A DNA stretch of 64,000 nt from Phoronis australis. Taxonomy: Eukaryota; Animalia; Phoronida. The notes below the pieces were generated by a model. That model was not told where the DNA came from and searched no databases. It saw nothing but the letters and a program-made list of their open reading frames with translations. The stretch covers positions 124,001-188,000 of the forward strand of contig NMRA01000267.1 of the NCBI GenBank assembly GCA_002633005.1. Direction: 5' to 3'. A program made the translations under genes and the position numbers. This document shows, piece by piece, positions 24,701 through 38,900 of this stretch; the first letter of the stretch is position 1; each line of letters begins with the position of its first letter.

Positions 24701-26237
24701 TACAATGCCATTAACAGATGGTGACACTTGTCATTGATACTCTCGATTTCTCGAATCAAGGAACATTAAGACACTGATTCCGAATGGTAAGAAGTTGGTG
24801 GTGCCTTGCCACTAGTCTGAATTTTAAGCTTTTAATAATTCATTTACGCTTGAACAATTAATTTGCACCATAACTTGATAATTAATTTACGCCGTTGACA
24901 ACTAGGTTATGCCGTTAATGTCCGCAGTTAAGAATTAATTTACGCCCTTAAAATTTATTGACGCATTAGTTTATGCCTATAAATTTCCGGACGTAACATG
25001 TATGATGTAGAGCTTCATGCATTTCACGTGACGTGAAAGAGTAAATTCTAGTATAGACGGTGGAGAAGAGAAAAGAAACAGGGTCTAAATACGCGCATGT
25101 ACGGCGCAACATAGTTGATTAATCTGATTTCAGTTGAGATTTTATGAAAAGAAGGATTTCCAAAAGAGCCCCCACCAACATAAAGCCCCCATGGGAGCTC
25201 TGTCGGAAGAAACGACCGAAAAAGCTCCATGGGTCATGCATGCTTGGTACGAGGCAAATGCCTGCTGGAAAATAGGTCAAAGTGTCATTATTTACTCAAT
25301 ATTGGTCCTTAAATGATTAATAATTCAAGTTTATTGGAGGCGTCGCCATACTGCTGGTAACATGCACTTTAATAGATATTTAATTTCAAAATTGTCATTG
25401 TTTTCATTCAAACGATGACAAAGAGAAGTCACCGCCAAAATAATCTCAAACGCACTCTCATGACTTGAAAGCCCATTGTTGAACGCGGACATTGTGGTCC
25501 GCCAGTTTCCGATAGAGCCTTAGTTACCGCTTTTTTCAAATGAGCCGCCTGGGTGCGTTTTGTGAACGCAAGTCGAGATCACTTCTGAAAACAGGACAAT
25601 GAGCCACCAGGGGATCTTTCGGAAATCCCCGGTACTGAGCGGATCGTTGTATTTGTTGATGTGATATAAAAAAATTAACTGTGCATAAGTGATGTTGGCG
25701 GCGAATACGCCAAAAAGCACTTTATTATCCGAGTGCCAGAAATATTACATGTTCGTCTAATCATCCAGGGAGCATAATTTCTTGGATAATCGTGGACCAT
25801 AATCAAGTATGGAGAGACTTGTTCACTTTTTCTTTAGTCGTTTCTTAGGCTTAATATGACAGCAAGATGGTGATTTTTCATTCGATGTCCATTTAATATT
25901 GTGCTATTATTCTAAGTCAATCATGAACAGATGAAATATTTTCTAGATTTACACTCTGCAATAATTACCGAAAATATTGTTCGCTTGTCCGAATGTTCGT
26001 TATACATGAAAGCGAACAGCTGTTGACCTCTACAGAGCAGACGTAAACACTGGTCACGTGACTCCCTCATTCAATATTGATGACTAACATTGACCTCTGA
26101 GAAAAGCCCATTTCCAGGTTATTTCTTTGAGAGCAGAATGTGCCACGTAAACTGTGGTAAATGTGCTCAATTTCGGGATATACTGGTGTAGATATAGCGG
26201 CGAAGAGCTCGATTTTTGATACATTCGACAAGTACTG

Positions 26238-29200
26238 ATGATGGAGGAAGAATTTATATCCATTGGCGAAACGATATGGTACGAAAGCGGTAAGTCTGTT
26301 CAATGTGCCTTGCCTTCTAACAGAAATTGATAACAAGGGGTAGCTGGGTACTTGATTCTGCAATGATAACGGTAGTTCAGCTTGATACGATGCCAATTCG
26401 AGCTTTAGTTAGAGACCTCTGTACTCATTTTTCTCTTGGTAACCAGCTATTAAATCAATCGCTTTCAATGTGAGGGCTCTAATACCAGCTAGCAGTATGG
26501 GGTTTATCGATTCAAAGAAGTCATGTAAAGCCCGAAGTTACTCGAGTGGAAATCGCTTGCTCAATGCAAGTTAACCAGTCAGTCAACCTTAAACAGTCAT
26601 CGGTCGTTGGAGTTGTGGAGCGCGTGGTAGGAAACCCGAAAATGGGTAATCCTACAACCAATTAAATATATTACCATAGGCATTGTTAATTAATTCGCGA
26701 CATGTTGTCGGCAAACGTTAATCCGACTGTCTCACAAATTATGCAACATGCCTTGGTCATACAAGCGATATATATTAAATAAACAAGTGCTGAACTTCGT
26801 ACCTATAGTTGAATATTTAAACAGATCCACTATAGTTTAACTTGGCTGAGCACATTACGCAGTCATTTTTGCCTGGTTGCACTAAAAAACTTTCAACGCT
26901 TATACTGCACTTTCGAATTTAACTGTTTATTCTGATTTATTTTATAAATGCATGGGGAAGGCTGAGCCAGTCCAGTAAAAGCATTTCTATTACACTGGAC
27001 TTTTTAGGAATCATCTTTCTCGGGTGGGGAATCGCGAACTTGTTTTTAACTGGCGATTGTTTCTCAAGCGAAACAACATTAGCACATTGTAACTTGTCCG
27101 CGCTCAACTATGCTGAATACATAAGTAAGAATGGAAGATGTTTAAGTGCTCAATAGTGAAAGAACGATCCCATTCTGTGAACGACGACCGAGTTTCTGAA
27201 GTTTGCTACACAGATGGTAAACTAATCAAAGTCATAACTGTTACCACAGACAAGTGCATTCCAAGACAGTTTTGTTAATTGTAGGTCCATGCATATGCGG
27301 TTATGCACTTTTAAGACATACTTCTCTTTTGTGGTACAACACAGAATGCTGAATCCCAAGTGTGCTGAGTTTTGTAAAGAGTGCATTTTTATTTAGAGTC
27401 TGTCAACAGCACTGAATAGAGACCATTTCGAGTACGCCAGTTTGATAATTATCGGTTTTGCTAGGAAATCTCAAAAGAAATTTCAATCGTCCGGCAGCCA
27501 TGATGTTACTGACTGACCTTTCTAGCTTCATGTCGAATCACTAGAAGAGTTCCATGGCGATATCCATGACTAACAAGATTGGAGGAAAGTGCAGTATCGA
27601 TTTTCCGGCGAAGGGATTGCCAGCAACATTAATATATATATTCGGTTGGTTCGTAACTAACAGTTTCAAGCCATCGATTGAGCTGACGTGGTACAGATTT
27701 AGTCGCTGTTGCTTGGTTCAATCACCAGAACTTTTGCATGTCTCTTATTAAATCAAAGCTAGTATAGTTACAAAACACTTTTACAAACCAACAGCGACCC
27801 GAACAGAATGTCATATGTCATACCGAAGTCCGCGTTCAGACCCAACTTCTGTTGAAGGACATTTAAGCACTCACAATACGCATAAAAATTTTCGTGTGTG
27901 ATAAAATGACAATTTCCTTCCGACTCACGACCTTATGATTGAAGTCAGGAAACAGGCTTACGAACTTAGACAACAGACTCAACAATATCCTTTCTGTGAC
28001 AGCAGAGTGGTTTTTAACAACAGAACGAGTTAAATCAAACCAGTCTTGGAACGGTTGACTAATCCTGTCAAAACTGGTGACGTTTTATACTTTTGATTGG
28101 GGATGGAAAAGTTTTATGGCATGGTATGAAAAGGTTCGAGTCGACTGATTTTGAGTGGGTAATTGACTAACGTACGTTTTAGGTGGAAATTAGGAAATGC
28201 TCCATTAGTAAATGTCACAGAGATTAAAAATGTCAATATTTATCATGAACTTGAATGCGGATCATAGCTACTCATTAACATTGGTGAAATGGTGACCGTT
28301 AATATTTCATCAACCCCGTTAAGCGCGGAGAATAGAACGAATTCATTATGTCACGAGAAGTCAGAAGAGACATAAAACCCATTGAACACAGCCACGTGGA
28401 TAACTTTCTATATTCATTCCCTGTTGTTTTCAGCAACAACAAAATCAGATCTAGGTAAACTGGTTACTAGAACAGGCCAATAATTGAGCGTTACATGTTT
28501 GTCAGATTTACAGTTAGCCGCCGAGATTGGGAAGACACTGCTTGAGCGCAACAAGGAATTAGAAACTCAACTTCACCACGCACAGCGACACTTGACGGAC
28601 AAGTCTGCAGAAATTGAGGTTTGTGGCTACCGATTCTACTGATACAGTGTAAAGGACCACACGTGAAATGTTTCCTGGAAGACCCATACCCAAACGAAAT
28701 AGTTAAATATATAGGAAGATACGTTAAACGCGTAACACGAGTTTTGGGCATGTACTCCAAAAACTAAGCGTTCACGCGCTTTTTTCGTTGACATGTCGAT
28801 TAATTTGTGTGAGGTATTTTCAGTACAGATTCACGTGAAAAACTGCATAACCAATCATATACCCACACTGATATTTAAATACTGATCCACTATGTACCGG
28901 GTACCTGCAAGTGTATAGTTCACCCATCACCCTTACAGTTCCTTAATCACCAACTCGAAACACTGCGAGATCTGAACGAGTCTCGCGTGAAAGTCTTCGA
29001 CGAGGTGGAAAAGCATGCGACTGAAACAGAGAAGGTGAACAATCGCCTGGCAAAGGAACTAACGGCAGAAAAAGAAAAATGCGACAGGTAAGTTGTCTAA
29101 ATGGCGTTTGGAAAGTTGTCCTTCACGCATGAGTGAACTGTCCCAGCTGAAAAATGCCCGTTGTTGTCATACGGTAAGAATTCCGAGTGGAGTTTTGAAA

Positions 29201-30738
29201 TTGGCCGTGAAGATTGTCTCGTGTCTGAATAATAGTTAGAGTCTTGGGCTCGTGCAAATCCAATTTCGCCGAGCTCGTCCTAAACTCTTCTGGTGTGGGG
29301 ACGGGTGGAAACGGACAGCGTTGACCAAAATCATGCATTGAATGCAACACCCAACGAACGGAGTCTTCTCAGATTGTACAACTTAGGTTTCCAACAGTTA
29401 TTCAGTTCCCATTCTGTTTTAGTCGGTTGTGTCAATTTTAGTGAGAACTGCCTTGGTCTGCTACGGCCCGTGGACATGTTCAGTGAAAGTAAGAGTCGCA
29501 ATCACAGCTTTTTCGCAGGTTACTGCTCAAGTTGTAAGCACTGCCGCCATCTTCTGTAACGTCTCGAACACAGTGTGTTGTAACAAAATACAAAACAAGT
29601 AAGCAACTGACTTAATGCAATGTCTGCGGCAGCCTACAAAATGTTGCGATTGGGAGCCCGTGAATATGCATCGCTTAGGAAAGTGTTGAAGGAATTTGTC
29701 CAACCTTTTTATTGCCAAACTTTTTATTGCCAAAGTCAATGTCAGATCATTTTTATTTTTAGATTAACGCGGAATCTTGAAATACTCGAAGAAAGGGCAG
29801 CTGAACTTGAAAATTCTCTACAGGAAATGAAGAACACGGAACGGCAGCGCGCGCAACGGGAATCTCGTGTAAGAACTTCCAGCGTCCCAAGCATCACCGA
29901 CGCCCTGAAATACGACAACTTCTGGCCGGTTGATATTCACGAACTCACGGGTTACAAAAAGTTGCAAAAGAACCCATACGAGTCCGAGATTATTCGTCTC
30001 CAACAAACTGTTAAACACTTGAAAGCTCAAAAGGCCGTGGAAGACAGGAAACGAACAGACCTGGAATCAGAAATGAGTTCTATTGTTGAGGAAAACAACG
30101 AACTCCAGTATAAACTGAGAGATTACGGCCAAATGAAGAAGAGGGTTCTTAGTCTGGAAATGGAAGTTGACGAGCTCCATAAAACTGCTCGTAACAAATT
30201 CAACACAGAGATTGAGAATTCGGAAGCAATAAACAAAACAAATGTTGATCCAACGGCGGAGATGATTGCCGAGCATGACGATCCTCAAACAAACAGTGCA
30301 GAACTGCTGAAACTCAAAAACGGCGGCAGCGCTTACGGCAGCAGAGAATCGCTCAACAAAGCTGGATTACAATCGCATGATTCTCCGAACAGCCAGGCGG
30401 CTTTTCTGCCGGGCGAATCTCTGCTGAGCGAATTAAACGCGCAATACATGTTTCTTGTTCGAAAGTACGAAGCAATGTTGGAAGCGAAGCGAAACTCCAC
30501 CGTTAGCACGGCAACCGATGCCGAGCCCAAACCCACCCTTGCTTCTACCGAGAGCCAAGCGAGCACAGTTACATCTCACCGGGAATGTCAAACATCGAGG
30601 AACTTCCAGCTGGAGTACAATCTGGAGAAGAAAACCAAGTCATTCGACTATGATAAAGACCCACCCGAGTACAGGAAGATATTTAAAGAAATATTCGAAA
30701 CTCTGAGAAAAACTTCTGCCATCTGCGAAGAAAAATGA
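26238..30738 (+). CDS. CDR2: Cerebellar degeneration-related protein 2 (CDR2/CDR2L)-like coiled-coil dynein adaptor
   Basis: Exons 26238-26289 (MMEEEFISIGETIWYES, GTAAGT donor; best first-exon candidate), 28506-28618 (DLQLAAEIGKTLLERNKELE, CC1-box AAxxG), 28939-29087 (FLNHQLETLRDLNESRVKVFDEVE) and 29763-30738 (…GESLLSELNAQYMFLVRKYEAMLE…PPEYRKIFKEIFETLRKT, resembling the CDR2 C-terminal helix). Phases join in frame. Confidence 0.9.
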
Positions 30739-31056
30739 GGTCTTGTAGGAGTGCGGACCTTTCTCTCATTCAAGAGTAAAACGTAGCCTTAACATTGTAA
30801 TGCGACCATGTGCAATATCCCAGGCAGTTGTTCCTGACCTATCAATACTCTCGTCTCCATTACGCACGAATGCCTTAGCAAATGACACACCAGTCAAGAA
30901 CAGCGTCCGAATGACCTCCAACCACAACTGAAGTGGAAATGGCATAAACCTATTTTGTGTATGTTCTGTTTTTCGTTTATATTTAGACGGTGTACTGAGT
31001 TGTCTTTCTTTTACTATATGTTTTAATGGTGCTTTATTTTAAAAACGAATTTATGT

Positions 31057-31062
31057 AATAAA
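31057..31062 (+). terminator. Candidate CDR2 polyadenylation signal
   Basis: First AATAAA seen after the stop at 30738, following a U-rich UTR. Confidence 0.6.
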
Positions 31063-32962
31063 CCTACACAAACAAAAATAGACAAAACCTCATTTTTGTA
31101 ATACTCTTGGTACAAAATTTAATAAGGATTTTAACATTAGTTGCTGGTGGTCACTAGAACAAAAGAACTTGGAACTTGTCCATACAGGGCATGTACAAAC
31201 TAACTTGTTTGAAAATCCACAACAGAGTGCAGAAAAGTGGTTCCAACTCAACCACGGCAGTCGTAGTTGCTTTGCCAACAGGAAAATCACTGGCACTCAT
31301 TTCAGCGAATGAGTGGAAGGCTATGTTGAGAACCCACAATTTGTACTGAAATTTTGCTGTTTCTTACCTGTGATCAATGCTAATAACTTCCAAGTTCATC
31401 ACATCCAACAAAAATCCCCAGGGTTGAAATTTACACAAAACTATCCTTCAGCAAAAATTGATGTTCAACAAAAACGCTATTCTCAAAAGTAATCTAACAT
31501 TCCCTTAATATACAAATTGCTTAAAACTATAGCCATCGCTACAGAGCAAAGCCTGCACTAGCGACATATAAAACAAACAGAATTAACACTCTTCAAAAAT
31601 GATTTATTGAGTTTCTCACCTTATAAAGAAGTGTTTTCTTTGCTGGTGAAAATTTGAAACTTCATTTAAATCAGAAAAAGTGACATTACCCTTTTCTCAA
31701 TGAGCTACCAACAAATAAATAAAGCGAGTCAGTTGTGCTATTGGTCGCATTCCTTAAGGATACCTTTGGGTACCAAGGTTACTCACCTCTCACCAACAGG
31801 ACAATGATAAAACTAATGTTCCTGAACACCTGTAGTTCCATACACAACAATCCATAATTAATGAGTACTCAATCACTTTTCTGACTAAAACCTTTGGGTT
31901 GCTTCATAAGACTTTTCACCAGTGAGATGCAATCATGGAGATATCTTGATTTAGGCAATGGAAATGATGAAAACTGTGTGCTTAATACCATCAAATAAAC
32001 CATTTTCAATGACAATTCAACTAGTCACACAATCATTTGCAGCGGCGGCCATGTTCAAATAATGTCAGGGCGGCGCTCCGGAGAGCAAATCTCTAGCAAG
32101 AAAACATAGATCATATAAAATCATGTTTCTCAAGATTGGTTAGCTAGGCTGGAGTGTAAAATTATGGAACACAGCTGTAAATAAACACACTGTTTCTCTA
32201 CATAAATCAAGTGTCTCAAAACCATACTTGCATTATTAAAAATCGTGAAGTTCAACTGTTGTGTCTTTGAATACCAAGCACAAAACACTAAAAGTTGTCC
32301 TGAACATGGACTATGACAGGGGCTCTAATGCAGATGACTTACAAATGCAACACACATGACAAAAACGACAACACAGTTTCCACTTCTCAACAAAGGCTTA
32401 TAGTACAGTAAAATCTCACCAATTTCGGACAAAAATAATTGCCAAAAATGACATTTTTCATTTTACAAGATCTCCAAACATTATTGTGAATGACCACATA
32501 GTTTCAAAACTTTGTAGCTGTAACACATAACTTGATGAAGGAAAAGCATTTACAATAATTTGGTGCTGCATGTTTCATTGAAAAAAGATAAAACAAAATT
32601 TCATTATCCAGCCATTATTGTTTCCTAAATTGGTGAGATTTTACCCTTGAAGAAAATTATTTGCAAATCAAAAATCTCTTCAAATCAGATGCTAACTCCC
32701 TGTGAACACCATTCAACTGTCCCTGTACAGGAAATTTGTTCCTTGCAGTGTACTTTCCGTCTTTAACAATTATGCCAGGCAACTGACACAGAGCAGGAAA
32801 GTAACATTCTTTAGGGCACACCTACAAGGCCGACCTTTTTTTGTGAGCACATCATCTGAACCACCAAGCTGAGTAGACACTTGGAATGTTCTAATCTCCT
32901 CTGCGACATACTTGCTTTGTCCTGATGGTTTTATTGCACTTATTACTGGAATGTGCCTTACA

Positions 32963-35900
32963 CTATGGCTCTGTTCCCTTGAGATACCACATGAGGCCTT
33001 TGGTGACACAGTAGTCCTACAAAGAAGCAAATCTCTATGTACTACATGATCAACCAAATTAGACCTGGACTAGACCTAACCCAAGTCTTCATTGAAAAAT
33101 GGCTACACTAAAAATTTATTTTTGGATGAACGCACAAGTCGAAATTGCAAATATAGGATATTTGTTCTAGCTGAAAGGATTTTACAAAAAACAATAATGG
33201 ACTCAGGAGATATCCCTCTATGCTCAACAGGTACTTATAGCACCATGTCTTTGATGGTTTAAACATAACTCGACAGGTACTTATAGCAAAATGTCTTTGA
33301 TGGTTTAACCATAACGAGATATAACGTAAAAGTTTTTATTTAAAAAAGTTTCAGTAAAATTGGCGGGGGAGTTAGATTGCTACTAATGTAACTTTCTTGC
33401 ACATGAAAACTTGACTTAAAAACATAGTAACGTGACAATAATAAAGACATAGTAGTAAGGATATTTTTAGAATCCTCGATCTTTCTCCTTTCAGAAAATA
33501 TATACTTCTATGGTTGACAAAGCAAAGTTCTTTCGATATTTAACTTAGAGTTGAGGTCATTTATTAAGGTCCTTGATAACCTTAAGAGGAACTGGTGCAG
33601 AATACTGACTTAGGAATAAATTGCAGAGTAAAATAAGAATGAACACAGAACTTCAAGAAAATAAACACATTGAATTGTAACCGAGACCATGGATCCTTAA
33701 TTCCATAATGCTTCACAAACGCAACACAGCGAAGGTAACTACCTTTTGCAATTTCTTGATTTCACTGTCTGTCAACGTTGTGTTGAACTCTTCTTCAATC
33801 CTCTTTTTAAAAGCAACACTCTTTATTCTGTGGTGTGTCGTGAACATTGATACCAAGAGGCCCCTGTATTGATCATATTTATCACCCAGTTTTGGCAAAA
33901 CAAAGACAGGTTCGGCTGGAGCACTTGCTGGCCACTGAAATACAAGAAACATTCTGTCAGGTCTTTGCCCTTCACAACAAAGGAATGGGTTCAACTTACA
34001 ACGAAAAAAGTTATTAGAGTTCAAAACTGACTGATTAACTTCCGCAAACATTATTTTGTGACAGAAAGATAACAACCACTTTGTGATGAACTAAGAGCTT
34101 TTTGAAAATTGGTTGGCTCAGGTAATGCTACTCACACCACACAAAACTCTATTGCGTACTGTACAGCTTCACACATGCTGTAAGATGGATTTTTCAAAGC
34201 ATGTAATTGCATATATGATAATCATGAAAACAAGCCACGTACTTTTACTGTCTGATAAACATGGACTATTTTCAATAGCATCTGGTGTAAAACCAACCTC
34301 ATTTTGAAATTGTACGTCATGTCGCATATACAAAGCATGAAACTTACAAAAAGGTACACACCACATTGAGAAACGCAATCTACCAAAACTATCAAAATAC
34401 ACAGAACTTTAAACTCAAGTGTGTTCTAAGCAGTTTCTCAAAAATTCACTTAAGGCTATGCAATACCCAAGAAAAAATTACAAATTTGGCCAACCTCAGA
34501 ACATATCTCAAAAAATGGGTTATTGGATTCCTATGAAACTTTCAAATACTATGGGTTATGCAGTTCTCCAACACGGTGTTAGGAATTGTTTTTCAACTTT
34601 GTATGAGGAGCAACCAAAAATTGAACTTCTATGATTTCATAACAATAAAAATTAGAAAACTGTAACTGTGCTTTTTTGACATTTCATCTTGAACATTTAT
34701 ATCGAATGAAATTTGGTCATGCTATCAATACTGTTGCTTTACTATCAATGTACCTTCCGTTTTGCTAAATTTTACTACAAACACATGGTCATGTGACCCA
34801 ATTTATGGCAGACTGATAGAGAGTAAAAAAATCAAATTTTACAGCCATTCTACTTTCAGAAAATATGTACTTTTACTGAGCTTTTTGATAGAGTACAGAT
34901 CTACCAATAAGGTCCTACATATTAATCTTAAAAGTTCCTATATCACATTGACAGCATTATGGCAGTTCTACTCTCTGCAATTATACGAGGTTCACAACCA
35001 CAGCTTTCTTAAGTTCAAATTTCTGAGAAAAATTCCTCATCACATTCATTAAGAACTGATCAGCAATTGACTCTCACAGCAAAAAGCAGAAATCTGTTTT
35101 CATGACCAATAAATACAAACCATTAATTCAGCACAATGCCTCTCCTACCTTGTCTCCAAGCTTTTGCCCCCCGGCCTCCATCACAGTCTGTTCTAGCAGC
35201 TTAGTAGAAACCCCACTGCCTAGCACATGCCCAGGGGGACACTCCATCAGCCGCAAGCTGAACAGTTTCTTCAGCTCACTCAGTGATAGCACCATTCGAC
35301 TGCGCAGCTTGTCGCTCATAAACTTCATTAGCTCAAGTTTCAGCTCTGTTGAGGCTGGAGCCGATGTCTCTATACTGCCATTGGACAAACAGTCCGCAGT
35401 GGACGGAGATTCAGAAACATTATTCGCTGTAGTGTCAGAGCCATCACCACCTACGCTACTGCTGCCCCCAGCACTGCCACTATGAGATCGCGATCGTTTG
35501 CACACTTTTTGATCAGACTTCTTATGAATTTTTTCAGTGTCTGTGTCACTTATGTCTGATCGGTCACTCGACTTAGTCCTTGAGCGAGACGTGGTGCGCC
35601 TCCTCTTGGGCTTATCACATTGTTTCATTTCATGGTCATCGTCACCTGAATGGATACACACATCACGTGAGTACAGTTTTCAAAAACTTAGCAGATGATT
35701 TCAGCTTAAAGTGGAATGCCAACACTTTTAATGTTACCTTTAATGAAAATACAGATCCTTGTCGAGGCCAAAAACATTACGTACCATTCTCCTGGAGTGT
35801 AAATACCAAGAAATTTCCAGCATCAGGATCTAACCTAGAATCACGTTCGATTAAACTTGTCAAGCAAGCCTTTTGTGTTGGTACACAATATATGGTTAAG

Positions 35901-38900
35901 CTGGTCAGAGCTTACAGTCACACGAAGGAATCAACAGGTGAAAGTTAAGTCTAAATTCTCGTTAACCTACATTCGAAGTTTATTGGAGAGACTATTTCAT
36001 ACAAAACACACCTGCTTCACGACATTTGTTGAAAGCCGTTTGCAAATAGTATATTTAAATATCGGTTGGTGCCAGGTGCGCGGTTTGCAATGTAATTGCT
36101 GGACTACGTGAGCTTATCAGATGAAAGCAAACAATAAGAGAACTGTACTATGTGAACAATGGTTTGCTACTGTCAAGTGGTAACAACACGGCTGTATCCA
36201 GACTGGCTGACCAGTCAGTTGGGATACTCATTTCACTGCCACGAGCTGTGTCAGTAATGCGGTATTTTTTGGTTGTACTCTTTTGAACAAAGATAATCCA
36301 TCCGAGACAGGCAAAATTGATGTGGGATTTATGTTTTTATTCATTGCTTGACAAATCATGGCATTTCAAACCTTGCTTGCTACATTGTGGTGCAATCAAA
36401 TTTATTGTATATTACGTCATATCTTACAACTAACTTTTTTTATTCTGGCCAGAGCTGCAGCTAGCAAGATAAGATAAACAAGTTAAAAAGGACAACCAAG
36501 CATACTAACTCACTTTACTTGGACGTTCGAATGGTGAACAGGGCGTAACTGAGAAGTCAAAATATGAGTCAGCCCTGCTGCAGGGCAGAGTCAGCCAGGC
36601 TTGTTGCAGGGCAGAGTCAGCCAGGGAATGTTTTAAAGTCTTTGGGTGGTTATACCTTAAGTTAATATTATCACAAATCAGGGAGTTTCCTGTCAACACG
36701 TACATTCAGTAATTTTGCTTAAATTGTCTATTATTAGAATACGTACATATTCCTGATGTAAGATTGCGAGACAACTGTTGGTATTTCAGTTCCCACACCT
36801 TCTCTTGTCGCTCAACAACTTCGGGGTATCTGCAATAGCACAGCAATTAAAGACATAGTCCCAAGGTTAAACAAACAATGGCACAGTCGAGGTATGATTC
36901 CAAGGTTAAACACTCATATGATTATGATTTGATAAGTTGTACAGCTGAAAGAAACCAGCTTAAGGTTGTGCATATAATTGAAAACCTGTCAATTATATGC
37001 ACGACCTTAAACTGGTTACTTTGAACCTACTTATGTTTGAACATTGCAACATTTTATGTACTTTGAATATTTGTTTATGAGTTGAAAAGGCCAACGCTTC
37101 TCTCTTAAACTACAAATCTTTCATTAACTGGGAGTCTTAGTAATCTACAATTTTAGAGTCCAAACTGGAGAAAGTCTCATTGACAGGGGCCATCCTTTCT
37201 AGGACATCCTTGCTAGGGCATCCTTGCTAGGGCATCCTTGCTAAGGCATCCATTTGGATGCCCAGGACATAGGCTGCACGAAGGCCCATCTGTATCAATT
37301 ATTGTGGTCAGCTGTAGTGAATTATAGTAACAGAACAGTTCCATTACAGTTCTTCATTAACACTAAGTTGATTAAAAACACAACTGCATTTTAGGCTGGA
37401 TAGCTTCACAGATACTGTAGACAGAATACAAGCCCGTGTCTGTGAAGTTGTCCAGCAGACAATCAGGGCTTGGAATGACCCATGACAAAAAGAGGAAATT
37501 TTTACGACCCTAAATACACATGTCAATCTAAACCATACCTCAACAGATCGAAAGTAAACATTTGTATCACAAGATGCCGTTACTATGTCGTGTTGGCAAA
37601 ACGCACTCTTAAGCAGTACCTGACATCTATTTCAGCAACAACAATGAAGGCAATTAGATGCAACAAAAGATATTTTTGAAATTAAAATAAAGATGATGAA
37701 AATTTTGCAGTGTGAGTAGCAGGAGCTTATTCTTGATTTGCTGCAGGGAGACGTATAGAATTATTTTCAATTCTTATAATTACGATCATGCAAAATTACA
37801 AAAAAAATTGAAAATCGATCCATAGATTATCTAGAAAGCCTGAAATACATACAATTCCAACAAACAATTTAATTCCAACCCAAATGGAAAAAAGTCAAGA
37901 TGAAAACCTGTGGCTCATACCCCAACAGTTAGCATGGAAAAATGAAAGTCAAAAATAATATACTTTAAAGGCAAAGGCAACCTTTTCATGTCTTTTTAGC
38001 AAAAATAAGGTTCACTGGTTATCCCAGACATATTTTCCCCTTAATTACAGCTTTTCGTAATTTGATTAATTATTCGTTCTCTACTCCGGAAGTGACGTTT
38101 TGGGAGGCAAGAATTTCCCACCTATTTCTTTTCGTACAGTCTGACTGTGAGAGCTGCCCAGTCGGTCATTGTTCTATCTCGCAGTTTTGATCAGTTCGGT
38201 CATCGTGTGCTGATGTTGCGTACTGGGATGTACTCATTATCGTCCCACGGACAGAGGAACAACTGCCCCACTTGCCCGAGTGTCCCGCGACACACTCCCA
38301 CTGAGAGTGACTAGAGCACACAAACTGCTTACACCACCCCGTGTGACACCCTCGCCACACACCTGGCACCTTCTAAATAGCTCCAATACTTTAGACAAGT
38401 CCACAATAAACTTATCAAAGTTTGGCTCACCGATCTGTTCATTGAACGACGAACTGTCCTCTTCACTGGGTGTTGAGTGGGGCCTGTATTCACTCCCACT
38501 ACTCAATATCGTAGCAGGGCTGCTTACAGGCTTTGGGCCATAATGAGTACATCCCGGTAGGCAGCAACAGTGTGGCATGTTGACTGACTCGTAAACAAAA
38601 GCAAAGCATGACTGAACTTATGACAACCGAGGTAGATCTATGACTGACTCATCAATGCTCATATAGTCAGACTACGGGAAAAGAAATTGGCGCGAAATCC
38701 TTGCCTCCTAAAATGTCACTTCCGGAGTAGAAAACGAATGATTAATCAAAATACCAAAAGCTGTAATTAAGTGGAAAATATGTCTGGGATAATCAACGAA
38801 CCTTATTTTTGCTAAAAATGACATGAAAATAGGTTGCCTTCACCTTTAAACTATAGAATGCATCAAGCACAATCCTAAGTTGGCCAAACTTTTCAGTTTC

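Noticed and set aside
29620-29762. N-terminal extension of the 372-aa ORF
   Set aside because: Intronic: the real exon starts after TTTTTAG at 29763, in phase with the upstream CDR2 exon.
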